Assembly (NCBI RefSeq): GCF_006345805.1
Contig: NC_043009.1
Span: 52,018,001 to 52,082,000 of the forward strand
DNA: 64,000 nucleotides
DNA from: Octopus sinensis
Taxonomy: Eukaryota
Direction: 5' to 3'
The notes under the pieces were generated by a model. It was not told where the DNA came from. It saw only the letters and a program-made list of their open reading frames with translations, and searched no databases. Positions 51,739 through 64,000 of the stretch are shown one piece after another (positions within the stretch are counted from its first letter, which is position 1; every line of letters starts with the position of its first letter). The translations under genes were made by a program, and so were the position numbers.

Positions 51739-51793
51739 ATTTAACAATTAAGGATAACTTCCTTATTAAGGAAGTTATCCTTAATAGTTAAAT
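51739..51793. repeat. 55-nt near-perfect palindrome abutting (TA)n
   Basis: ttaaggataacttcctta-t-taaggaagttatccttaa (51748-51784), extended by atttaacaa / tagttaaat. Confidence 0.92.
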
Positions 51794-52371
51794 ATATATA
51801 TATATAAGAGCATTAGGTTCCTTGGAAGAAAGCAACGTATGTTTGTTCTAGATTGAAGAAGGTAGGTGTGACACCATTGCTTTGAAAACACCCTACGAAT
51901 CACCGCTTGTCACAATTCTATTCTAATAAACTTTTATTTGACAGAGATGGACATGAAAACCGTCTGAGGTAGAACTTCTGAATGAGTGGTTTGGAGACAC
52001 TGAAACGATTGTGGGTGTGACATGGGTCCTCGACATCTTATCTTTGGTGGGTTTCCATGGGGATTTCGCGAATTGGCTGGAGACCACTGAAATAAGAGTA
52101 TCGTATCTAAAAGAAGACTATGATTTATAGTTCTCAAAAATTGACATTTCTCATGAGAGTCTCAAAAGTTCGAGAATACACTGCATATACCCAAACATGC
52201 ACACACATAAGTGTATTTATGTATGCAGAATTTATATTGACTGTTCACAATGAACAGTGTCCACTGTAAATGTCTGACTCTTAAATGTCAAAATGTCAAT
52301 CACATCTTGGAGAATATGTGTGTATATATACATTCATACGCATATATATATATATATAGATGTACATACAC

Positions 52372-52415
<44 letters not shown>

Positions 52416-54810
52416 TCTGTATGTATATATCGACATATATTATAATATATTCATATAATACATATATATACATATATACATATATATTGCATATATTATG
52501 TATATATATTATATAGATATATATATATATATATAATATATATGATATATATATATATAATAAATATCCAATATAGTACTTAGTTGCCTTATATATGTAT
52601 ATACGTATATGATTATTATGAGGTGTAGAAGTGTATGTTATTCATACGTAAACATCCAACACAACTGATTCTAATATACTCACGGCTTCGTCAGTTATAT
52701 CATTTAATTGCATGAAATATATAAAAAGATATACGTAGCAGGGCCGTACCAAGTGACTATTTGTCTACCTACAACGGGTCAGTGATTACACTTATTTCCT
52801 ACCAGCCCAGAATACTGAACCAATTGAAAAAGCGAGTAATTACGTGATTTACTGTTAGTGGCAGTTTGAATACAAATGCTGATCTTTGACCATTATAGAA
52901 GGAATGACTAATTGCAAGACTACATCATTGATATTCACTATATCCAGTCGCGTTTCAGCAGATTCATTTGTCTCAATGAATGAAAGCCACGCAAATGAGT
53001 GAGCGGAGTCTGAATGACAAAATTATTAATCCGTATTATTGACATGCATTTCGTTGATATAATTTTCTGCGACCGTGTACAATATTTTCACATATTCTTG
53101 TAATAACACAGCATTCATTTTTTTTTTTTCTTCTATATTTTAATTATATAGAAATTTTAAATACATGTAAAGAATATTCTGACTCTAAACAATGTGTATT
53201 ATCAGTTGAAATATACACCAAAACAAATGTGTTGATTAAGCATTTATTTTTAAAGACAGATCGAGAAGAGGGATGATTGCGTCCGTGACAATTTTATGGG
53301 CGTTCGAGGCTAATGGTAGAAAATGAGAGACTTTAGTTAGGCTTCACGGCAAAATGGCAGAGTAAAACACTGAGACAGATTATCGATCTACCTACCTGCC
53401 TACATGTCTGCCTACTTGCCTATATACATACATAAGTAAATAATACATACACACACACACACAAACACACATGCACACGCACATGTATACACTCTCCATG
53501 CAGCTAATGTAATAGTAGACAAATTTCCAGGCCCCTACGAAATTATTAGTAAATAGATAAATTCGATAAAGAAAGAAAAACAAATTACGGTAAGCAAATT
53601 TCCCTTAAAAAAAACTGACTTAAAATAAGCAAAAATATACAAATATCTAAACGCAACTCTAGACAATAAATTTAAAGTAAATAGACATTAGGTACCATAG
53701 CAGACAAAAATGAAATAAAAAAAACAAGTGACAGAAAAAATACCAACAACCAATAGCTGTAAAAGAAGAACTAATCAATACCCCCTCAACAACCGGTCTC
53801 TGTCCTCCTACATCAACGAATATAAACGAATAATCACTTAGAGTTGTAACACATTTTACCTGAAGTTCGCAGCAGCGTGAAACGTAAATCGCGACACAAA
53901 TAAACTGTCTAAACAGATTACACGCTCACATATACATATACATGTATATCTACACACGTTTATACTTCGGTGCGCATATGTATGTCTGTACACACACACA
54001 CGTACAAAAACAAACGCACACACGCATATATACATATATGTATGTATATATATATATATATATATATATGTACATATGTGCACACACACAAACACACGCA
54101 CGCACGCATATATGCATATATGTATGTATATACGTGCATATGTATATGCACGTATATACATACACACACATACGCACATAGGTTTGTTTCAACTGTTGAA
54201 CAATGTCCGAAGCTTTCTTTCATTGCAGCTCAGTGTTCAAAATTCCTGGTTTTTATCTCGTTTATGTAACTTTTCAGCGAAATGAAAAACATATATATGT
54301 ACACATGTATGCACGTTATTGGGTGTATCACGTGTGTGTGAGCTGTGTGTTTACTCTGTGTTCGTTTGTGTTATTGTATTGTGAAGTCTTTTGTCTTTAA
54401 TGAAAAAACGCACACACACACGCAATATGTATATATATATATATATATACAGTTACATATGCATACGCAAGTACACACACGTAGATACGAACTTTCCAGT
54501 ACACACACACGAACGTACGAACACTTAAAATCACGATCACACGCACAAGCGCCAGTAAATGCCAACACCTACGGATGTCAGATCAGCGCTCTGATAATGT
54601 AGGACTTACTTCTCCTATGCATTCATGTGTACCGATACAAACTGAGGATATGGAGGCATCGTCAAGTAAACCAGAAATCAATTCAAGGCGGACCCAAGGG
54701 TATCATTTTATTTTGTAGTATTGGCAGAATAAAAATCAAAGACTTTTCGAAAATTGTAAACTGAGGTAAAGAAAATTAATGAACGTTTAATTTGGCTTGT
54801 TTGCATATAG

Positions 54811-55022
54811 TCTTTTACTCTTTTGCTTGTTTCAGTTATTTGACCGTGACCATGCTGGAGCACCGCCTTTGGTCGAACAAATCGACCCCGGGACGTATTC
54901 TTTGTAAGCCTAGTACTTATTCGATCGGTCTCTTTTGCCGAACCGCTGATTACGGGGATGTAAACACACCACCATCAATTGTCAAGCGATGCTGGGGAAC
55001 AGACACTGACACATAAACACAT

Positions 55023-55098
<76 letters not shown>

Positions 55099-55313
55099 TA
55101 TTACATATATATATAAATATATACATCTAATATATATATATATATATATACGACGGGCTTCTTTCAGTTTCCGTCTAACAATCCACTCACAAGGCTTTGG
55201 TCGGCCCGAGGCTATAGTAGAAGACACTTGCGCGAGATGCCACACAGTGGGACTAAATGCGGAAACCCGTGGTGGGTAAGCAAGCTACTTATCGCACAGC
55301 CACTCCTACGCCT
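54811..55313 (-). mobile_element. SINE family A, full length with expanded internal (TA)n
   Basis: All family A modules are present. Confidence 0.92.
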
Positions 55314-56271
55314 TTATATTGAGATATGAATATAAAATCATGTGTGTGGAGAACAACCTCACTTGAAACTGGAAGTGTTTTATGACTATCTTGCCAGTAT
55401 ATCCATCATATACGCACACGTGTCTCATAAGCGTCTATCATTAATTGCTGGTAAGCTATTTTGATGCTCGTTTCTTGTCTGCTTTCTCTGAAGAGCAAAC
55501 CAGCATTCTGTTTTCTTGGAAAGAGAAATAGAGAGAAGACAGCAAGGCTTTGTGTTGTAGCGCGCAGAGCGTCAAGTGTGTTCACGGATAATGAATTACT
55601 GTCACATTGTTCTGCTTCCGCAGACACTAGTAAGGATTTCGAAGCCGATGGAAGTAAGGAAGATGAAATATCGTCAGGAGCAGTCATAATTTTACATGAA
55701 TTCATTCAGCTACAAGATTTGTTCATGCACCGTTGAAGTGCCGCGAGTACACAAGTGCTGACGTTTTGGATTTGCCATACATTTTGAATGCCATCCTGAT
55801 CACAGTAAACAATATTTGGAGCAGGACATCTGTAATTTTAGCGCTAACGGTGGCCATACTTGGTAATGAATCTACAACCACTCTATATTGGATATAAGCA
55901 TAAAGTGAAGTTATGATATAGGAATGGGAAAAACTCATATTGTCAAAGACAGAAACATAGTGAGTTTCTTGACAGCAGACCGAGACAACAACAAAGTACA
56001 GAACAATGAGAATATCATATAGAAGCTAATATATATAAACATGGTGAATAAACAGGGTAAATAAAGGAAACGATGTTTAACAGCCAATTATGTCATCAGA
56101 GATGTATTGAGATGACGACGACGGTGAGGTGTACGTTATGTCGTATTGCTTCGTAATTGTCTCCTCATCCATCATATTAGGAAATTGATTAGTTGTGTAA
56201 AGAACTACATCTATATATATATATATATATTATATATATATATATATATATATCTCCATACATACACAGAA

Positions 56272-56303
<32 letters not shown>

Positions 56304-56902
56304 CCATGGTGTGAGTTGGAAATATAGCAATTTTGACAGATTAGATCTAATAACCTAACTTTTGCTCATTTACAAAGAACAGAAAGCTGGCGTGCGAGAA
56401 ATTACTTCCCAAAGTGACAAACACATTTACAAGGAAAAGAAAAAAAGTCCAAGAACAAACTTAAAAAGCTTGGAAGATAAACTACACAAAAACAACTACC
56501 AAATACTATGCGTGGTTCTCGTAATGTTTCTTCGACTTCAAATTTCTCACTTGAAGTTTGACAACACTAAAAATTGAAAACAATGACAATTAGGTATTCA
56601 ACGGTTTTTCATTTACAAACGTATGCTTGGTTTTCAAACAATGTTATGTTTAATTTATTATAATTTCATTAACATCACCAAGTAGGGTCGATGTAAATGA
56701 TGAAATAACACCAAGTGACATTACATACATCACAAACAGCGTCGGATTCCATAAATGATTTTCTTTCTCTGTAATTCTTTAACGTTTCCATACGCTCATA
56801 AGTTCTTACTTTGGTAGACGAAGATCTGTAAATAACTTCATAAAAATTACGGGTGGCTGGGCGGGCTAAGAAGCTTGGTTTGCAAACCCGTGGTTTTACG
56901 TT

Positions 56903-56970
<68 letters not shown>

Positions 56971-57599
56971 GAGAGTGGAATCTATTTGCAAGCGTAAATT
57001 GGCAGTTCTGATAAGGACGATGTTACTACGTTTTGTATCACTTTAAAAGTATATACCACGAACAAGGCTAACCTTTGCTGCTGAAAAGAAATAACCCAGA
57101 AACCATGCTCCGCAGGTTCTATTTAAGACTGAGTGGTGTCAATATCTCCCTTGTTTGAGGCATAAGGACGCAGATGTGCGTCGGTAGCAAGCTGGAAATG
57201 ATGTTTTCCTGGGACTATAAAAGTTAGTAAAACTGTCCGAAGCAGAAGTTTGAAAGCAGATCATGACCATTGTGTCCGGCTAACGAAGTTATAACACGCA
57301 TATACTGATTGAAACCCTATTACACGTGTTTATCTATTCAATTTCCGCGGCGCTTTCAAATTATTTGGCTTGATGAAGCGACAACTGCTGTATTAACAGA
57401 ATACTATTTCTTTGTATATCTATTCTATTACACATAACTAAATGAAACGGAACTGACCAACTAAGATGAACATATCCAAAGAATGATCAGTATCAAACAT
57501 GTGTCTTGAGTAAACGCGACAAAAAAACCTCCATTTGAACCTAAATTTATTTTGTTAAGGTATTATCTGGCCAAAGAAGATTCCATTGGCTAAGAAACT

Positions 57600-57983
57600 G
57601 CCTTTGCAACTTCGTGGCTTCGGGTTTAGCTCCATTGCGTGGCATCATGGCAAATATCCTTTGCAATAACCCCGGGGCGATTATTGCATTCTCGGTGAAT
57701 TGGTTAATCAACATTACTCTGTGAGGATAATTGGGCAGATTTCTCTGCCGTATAAATATCATTCCATGAACAGGACGCTAGACCGTCGCAGGATTATTCA
57801 CTTTTACCAGCTGAATTGACTGAAGCAACGAGATATGAAGTATTTTGCTCATGAACACAATGCATTTCCCAGTGCATCGAAACCACAACCTTACGATCAT
57901 GAGTACAACACCGGAAACACTAAGCGATGCACCTCCACATTCTAAGTGAAATACTAAACAAAAACTGCTTGGAGATCCGTCGT

Positions 57984-58021
<38 letters not shown>

Positions 58022-58320
58022 TACATACACATATACAAACATATACATATAAATATGTGTGTGTGAGTTTGTGTACATATAATCTTGTGTATATATGTAT
58101 AGTGTGTGTGTCTGTGTGTGTTAATGTCTCCCACTCTCCAACACTTTCCAACAGGCGCTGATTTGTTTTTGAACCCGTAACTCATTGGTTTGGCAAGCGA
58201 CCAATAGAAAACCAGATTTTAAAATAAAGTATTGCGGTCGAAATGATTGACTAACCCTCTTCAAGGAGGGTCTCCTTCTCGGCCTAAGTCCATTAACTGA
58301 AAAAAAAGAAAAAAAGAAAA
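57600..58320 (+). mobile_element. Old SINE family A interrupted by a minus-strand family C fragment (about 57780-57940)
   Basis: Degenerate head at 57600-57720, C-family aaaccacaaccttacgatcatg...cactaagcgatgcacctcc, and A tail at 58120-58320. Confidence 0.6.
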
Positions 58321-60339
58321 AAAGAAAAAAAGAAAAATGGTTGCCGTCATCCTTGTGGCATGATCAGAAAAGATATATGTGGGTCCACAAACCACGGAAG
58401 TTATAATATCTATAAAACAGGAATAAACCACCACATTATTAAATAGAAAGAAATTGACAGCTTGATATGTTTTAAATGTTTATCTTAAGCGTTTCTGATG
58501 ATTAATAATATCCGCACCCACCTACCATACAGAGACGGAGTTGATGTCTTTAAAGAAATCTGTTGCCGGTTGACGTTAAAATAGTCTTTTTTACATTATC
58601 GTCTATGTTCCATTTCAGCGATGAGCTACGAAATCGATTCCATCAAGGTACTCATGCAAAGGAGACACAATACTTAGAATTTTATTAATTAAGATAAAAT
58701 TACTGTTTACTAATGAATGTTACATAAGAGAAAATTATGTTTCACAGCACATATAAATCAGGAATAACGTATATTCTTCAATTACACGTGGATCTATCTG
58801 AATATATAATATAAAAATAGATGCATGAATTTATCAAGTACACACTGTGTGTTTGGTTTAAAGAAATAATATAATGTTATTTAATTCATATCATATATTG
58901 ATAAAATCAGGAAAAATGATAGTCGTCATATTTCAAAACTTAGACATGCTGTGGAATAACTAAAGACAATTTTGTAATCAGCGTCCAAAATAAATTTAAG
59001 AAAAGGCTAAATTGAAGAAAAAGAAAATTATCATGTTAACCAGCGTAGTTTATTGAATTTCTCAAATAGGTTAAATACTTGTTAAAAATCTTCTTAAAAC
59101 TTAGTAATATTTCAAAATATTTGTACAATCTACGATGTGGTTAAGCAGCAAATTGGCTAAAAAGCAAAGAAAATATTTTCTGAAGATATTGCAAAATTTT
59201 TCTAATGTTCATTTATCAGTAACAGGTGCACCGGTTGCTGGTTAGATGTCGACAATTAACTTCAGCAATTTCTCCTCTTTCTTTCTATTTGGTATGTTAA
59301 CTAAAAATATTTTGTGTTTGTATTCTTTTAAGCATTTTTTTCTTTTTACTGTTCTTTGTTCTTCTTAGCATGATTTGTTTTGTTTTCTAAATAACAGAAA
59401 AGCAACTTGGTAAATTATTCTAATTCCTAAAATCAACAAATATTCGCACAGAAAATGATATACAACCGTTTCTACATACGTGTGTAGCAAAAGGCGTACA
59501 CCTATGTACATGTGTGTGCGAGTGTCTGTCAGCCTGTGTACTTTATGTTAGCAATTTTTGAATGCGTAATTTTTTCTTTATAGTCGTGAGTGCTCGAGCG
59601 AGTGTGGGTATACCTGCAGCGTAACACTTCATGTGCGCGTGCGTATGAATACATACATACATACATACATACATACATACATAATATATATGTATATATA
59701 TATATATATATATGAGTATAGTTCTCTGTAGTTCTATTTAACCAGGTGTGCCAGTGTATATACACAGGTTTATAAACCATTAAACAACATAAACAATGCA
59801 CAACATTTTTCGTTAACTCGACAAGAATTAAGTACACATTGAACGACATGTTATTCTTTCTTGATGTCAATTTGTTTACTTTCCTTGTCTTTATTTGCAG
59901 CTTCTCGATCTAAAACGTTTCTTCATTTTTCTGTTGAGTGGCAAATTTTTCATACCCTTTCAACTTTATTTGTGTTTTATCAATGAGTTGGCTTTTAAAA
60001 TTACCAGGAAATAACTTAATTACATTCTTTTGAAAATTGGAACATTAATTTGCTTTAGAAATTAAATATTTTAAGCAAAGGTGACATAATTACATCGATA
60101 CTATGTGCAACCAAGAAGACCCAGATTTTCTTTCAGCAACATATGATAGTCGAAATCATTAGACCATATGGATGGAAAACTGAAAAAGTCCGCTTTTCTT
60201 AACGGCCAATCCCTTAGCGAGCGCTCAGTTTTTAAATCTTTTCAGCCGCTTGCATTTGAGGTTTTCATTCATTTACGTGTCCGATATGCGGACGCTAGGG
60301 AAGACTACGTAGATAACTGTCAATATTTATCTTTTATTG

Positions 60340-60530
60340 AGATGGCGAGCTGGTAGAATCGTTAGCATCCCGGACAAAATGCTTAGTGGCATTTCGTCCG
60401 TATTTTCGTTCAGAGTTCAAAATTCGACGAAGTGGACTTTTCCGGTTCGATAAAATAAGTACTAGCTGAGGGTTGGGGTCGATGTAAGCAACTTAATCCT
60501 TCTTTCGAAATTGCTTGTATTGCACCAAAA
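60340..60530 (+). mobile_element. SINE family B, diverged
   Basis: gatggcgagctggtagaatcgttagcatcccggacaaaatgcttagtggcatttcg...gataaaataagtactag. Confidence 0.82.
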
Positions 60531-60942
60531 TCTGAAATCAAGATTCAACATCTGGAAGACGAGAGTAACAATTTATAGGACAACACGAGATATTTGAGAA
60601 TGAGACTTTGTTTTTCGATTGTATATTTAAAGCAAACAATACACTTAGCGTTAGAATTACACACAGAAAGAGTGATTGAGAGAAAGAGACGTGCACGTTT
60701 TTCTCGAGCCACTATTACATCATTATTCTGTATGTTCAAACAAAAGAAAATGAACAAAATATGAACACTATTTATTATGAATACATCTACAACATTTCAA
60801 TATTTTCCCCTAAATTTCAATTTACTGTTATTAATCAAAATACGCGCTTATGGATATTCATTTATGATGGCATCACCAATGTTTCCTTTTACAGTTGTTG
60901 CCGTGATTTATTCAATTCATGACCGTATGTATTTATTCGTAC

Positions 60943-60974
<32 letters not shown>

Positions 60975-60975
60975 C

Positions 60976-61025
<50 letters not shown>

Positions 61026-61876
61026 TGTGTGTTTAGGTGTACCTATACACAGACACACAAACACACACACACATATATACATTTGCACATGATACATATT
61101 GCTAAGTATAAATACAATAGTTCGAATTGTGTCCCAAAGTTCTGTGGCATATTGTTCCATAACTTGCCAATGAATTTGCCGGAAAATTATAATTAGAGAC
61201 TTTGTTATGGGTCCATAGTATCCATAAAAGAAAACGAGTTCCCTATTGAGATAGACAGGATGTTGAAACATAGACAAAGCACTATTAACGCTTGGTTGCA
61301 AATTTTATCAGCATAGCCCCATTTTAACTCTCTTAAAACCTCTTCAAACGTATGAAATACGGTTTAACAACAATGAAGCAATGGGAAATGATTTACACAG
61401 TTGACAACAAGAAAGCATGTTATTTGGCGTATTACTTTTCCCCAAATAACATGCTTTCTCGTTACCATCTGTCCAATACTTCAGGGTTGCCTATTTTTTC
61501 AATCCTGTAAAAATGGAAGGAAAAATGTGATTCCTGTGAACACACAAGATACACATCTATCCCTTCAACACATGACAACTTAGCAACCTTCTAAATATCC
61601 TGGAAGTTCGTTACTTTAATCGTTTCTTGTGATAGTTTCTATTTTAGCCACAATGGAACAAATTTAGTGGAATACCATAATCTGTTTCTTTATTTTTCGA
61701 CACTCAGAGAATGAAATGCAAAACTGTGATCAGTAGGATTTGAACGCAGAAAGTAAACATTTAAAACATATTTTTTCTGAATGTTCTAAAGATTATGCCA
61801 ATTCGAAGGTTTGAATAGAGATTTTTTAAAAAACTAGAAAATCGAAACAATCTGCCAGCTGGAAGAATATTTAGCA

Positions 61877-62278
61877 GGTATGGCTGTGAGAAGCTTGTTT
61901 CTTAACCACATGGTTCGGGGTTTAGTCTCTCTGCGTGATACTTTGGGAAAGTATCTTCAATTATAACCTCAGACCGACCTAATCTTTGAGCATATTTGAT
62001 AGACAGAAACTGAAAGAAGCCCACCGTATACATATATATGTATATATGCATGTGTATGTGTCTTTGAGTCTGTGTTTGTAACTCATCATCGCTTGGCAAC
62101 TGGTGTTTTGGTGTAGTTACATCCCCGTAATTTGGCGGTTCGGCAAAAGGACCGATGGTATAAGTACTAGGTTTTAAAAAGAAAAGCAAGTCCTGGAGTC
62201 GATTTATTCGACTAAAACCCTTCAAGGCGGTGACCCAGCATGGCCGTTATCAAATGACTGAAGCAAGTAAGGGTAAAA
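61877..62278 (+). mobile_element. SINE family A, diverged full length, followed by a family B head fragment (about 62283-62390)
   Basis: Head, core and tail modules are present. Confidence 0.85.
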
Positions 62279-62623
62279 GACATCGGTCAAAATGCTTAGC
62301 GGCAATAATTTGGTTTTGTGCACTGTGAATTCAAATCCTGCCGAGATTGAATTTTCCTTTCGTTTTTTTTCTTCGGTCTTGATAGAATAACATATCACTC
62401 AAGTACCGAGGCCCATGTATTTGACTTGTCTCTGCTCGTAAAACATCACTGGCCTTATATCCTGTAAGGTATTACCATTTCCTTCAAGCCGGGATGTTGT
62501 GAATTTAGTCACTTAGGCTCCAAGGAAACAGCGTGTTACTAGTCCTAGAGTTCAAGAAAACTAGAAAAAAATATCTAAAATTCAATGACAGTACAACATA
62601 TATATATATAAAATTTACATCTA

Positions 62624-62760
<137 letters not shown>

Positions 62761-62805
62761 GTATAAACCAATATATATGTATGCATGTATGGACTTATAT
62801 GTGCA

Positions 62806-62856
<51 letters not shown>

Positions 62857-63758
62857 ATATACACAGTAAAAATGATTTGTAAATGTGTACAAGACATTTA
62901 CAGATAATTTCAAGTTCATGTTTCGAGTGTTAAGTGAGAGGGGCGTGGGCGTATTTTTGATGATTCTCATTATACACTAGAATATATTTGAACAAAATTC
63001 AGAAATGAATGTAAAGAATGTAATGAAAGTGGAGAAATAAGGTAGTCAAATGGCTTACAGAATAGAGAAGAAAAATAATTTATGAAAAAGTAAAGGGTTG
63101 AAAAAAAAAATTAAGAGAAGGAAAAAAGAAAGAAGAATGTAAAAGAAGTGAATGGGTTGAAGAAGATAAACGAGTGTTTATAGAGGAAGAAATAAAACAG
63201 TTGATCAGCGTTAATAAAGGAAAAAAAATAAATAATATTTCAATAAAGTGAAACACAGTAAAAAAATAAAATGTTAACGTGATTCATTTTCGAGATTGAA
63301 GTTCTTTTATCAATATTGAGATAAAGACAAGAGGATACAAAGCGGTTTACTAATAATTTTCAGTCTTAAACGAAATGAATTTGAACGACTCTTATGCTAC
63401 TACTCGAAAGGCTTTTGCATCCACGTGCGTGCGCATACATGCACGCGACACAGGTACACATGTACAAACATGTACATAAATTTATAAATCCGAATTCTGC
63501 TTACGTATACATAGACATACACACGCGTAAATATATGTATACGTATATGCGTGTACGTGTGTGTGTATATACAAACATGCATACATAGAACCACACACAC
63601 ACACACACAAATATGTTATATAATGTATATGCACATATATTATATATATATATGTATATGTATATATATATACACACACACTCATATATACACATACATA
63701 TATTATATATGCGTGCACATATACGTTCATACATGCATACATATATATTGGTATATAC

Positions 63759-63799
<41 letters not shown>

Positions 63800-63839
63800 T
63801 ATATATACTATATATATATATAATTATATATATATCACC

Positions 63840-63970
63840 GGCGCAACAACAACAACAACAACCTCAACAACAACAAACTCAGCGGCAACAACAAACAACA
63901 GCTACATAGCAACAACAACAACTTCAGCAGCAACAACCTCAGAGGCAACAACAACAACCTCAACACAACA
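63840..63970. repeat. Degenerate (CAA/CAG)n array
   Basis: Directly visible. Confidence 0.9.
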
Positions 63971-64000
63971 CAGGATGAATCACTCCTTGATTCATCTACA

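Noticed and set aside
55406-55938. Non-repetitive ORFs on both strands
   Set aside because: No recognisable motif or consistent splice structure; cannot be supported without transcript or homology data.
63840-63970. Poly-Q coding exon
   Set aside because: Directly continuous with a (TA)n array and interrupted by a stop; best read as a CAA microsatellite.

Overview
AT-rich eukaryotic genomic DNA that is very dense in microsatellites, with one 100-N scaffold gap at 47804-47903. The SINE repertoire and repeat style look like a coleoid cephalopod, most likely Octopus (pattern recognition, not a database result). No host protein-coding gene can be identified with confidence; almost all ORF-track entries are translations of microsatellites. 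The window contains three tRNA-derived SINE families (called A, B and C here, about 25 copies or fragments). It also has fragments of several non-LTR retrotransposon clades: R4/Dong-like restriction-like-endonuclease (RLE) elements next to (TAA)n arrays, RTE, and Hero-like. There are also MITE/foldback elements and two minisatellites. The most notable content is a set of small type I hammerhead-ribozyme (HHR) motifs from at least four unrelated repeat families, typical of Penelope-like elements and non-LTR retrozymes. The best case is a 361-bp tandem unit at 19063-20500, arranged as a 1.4-kb foldback inside (TA)n. Its HHR core reads UUGAAAA instead of CUGANGA, a compensatory U3-A8 swap of the C3-G8 tertiary pair, and the 5' ends of both arms map just downstream of the predicted cleavage site. 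All coordinates and structures were read by eye and may be off by a few bases.
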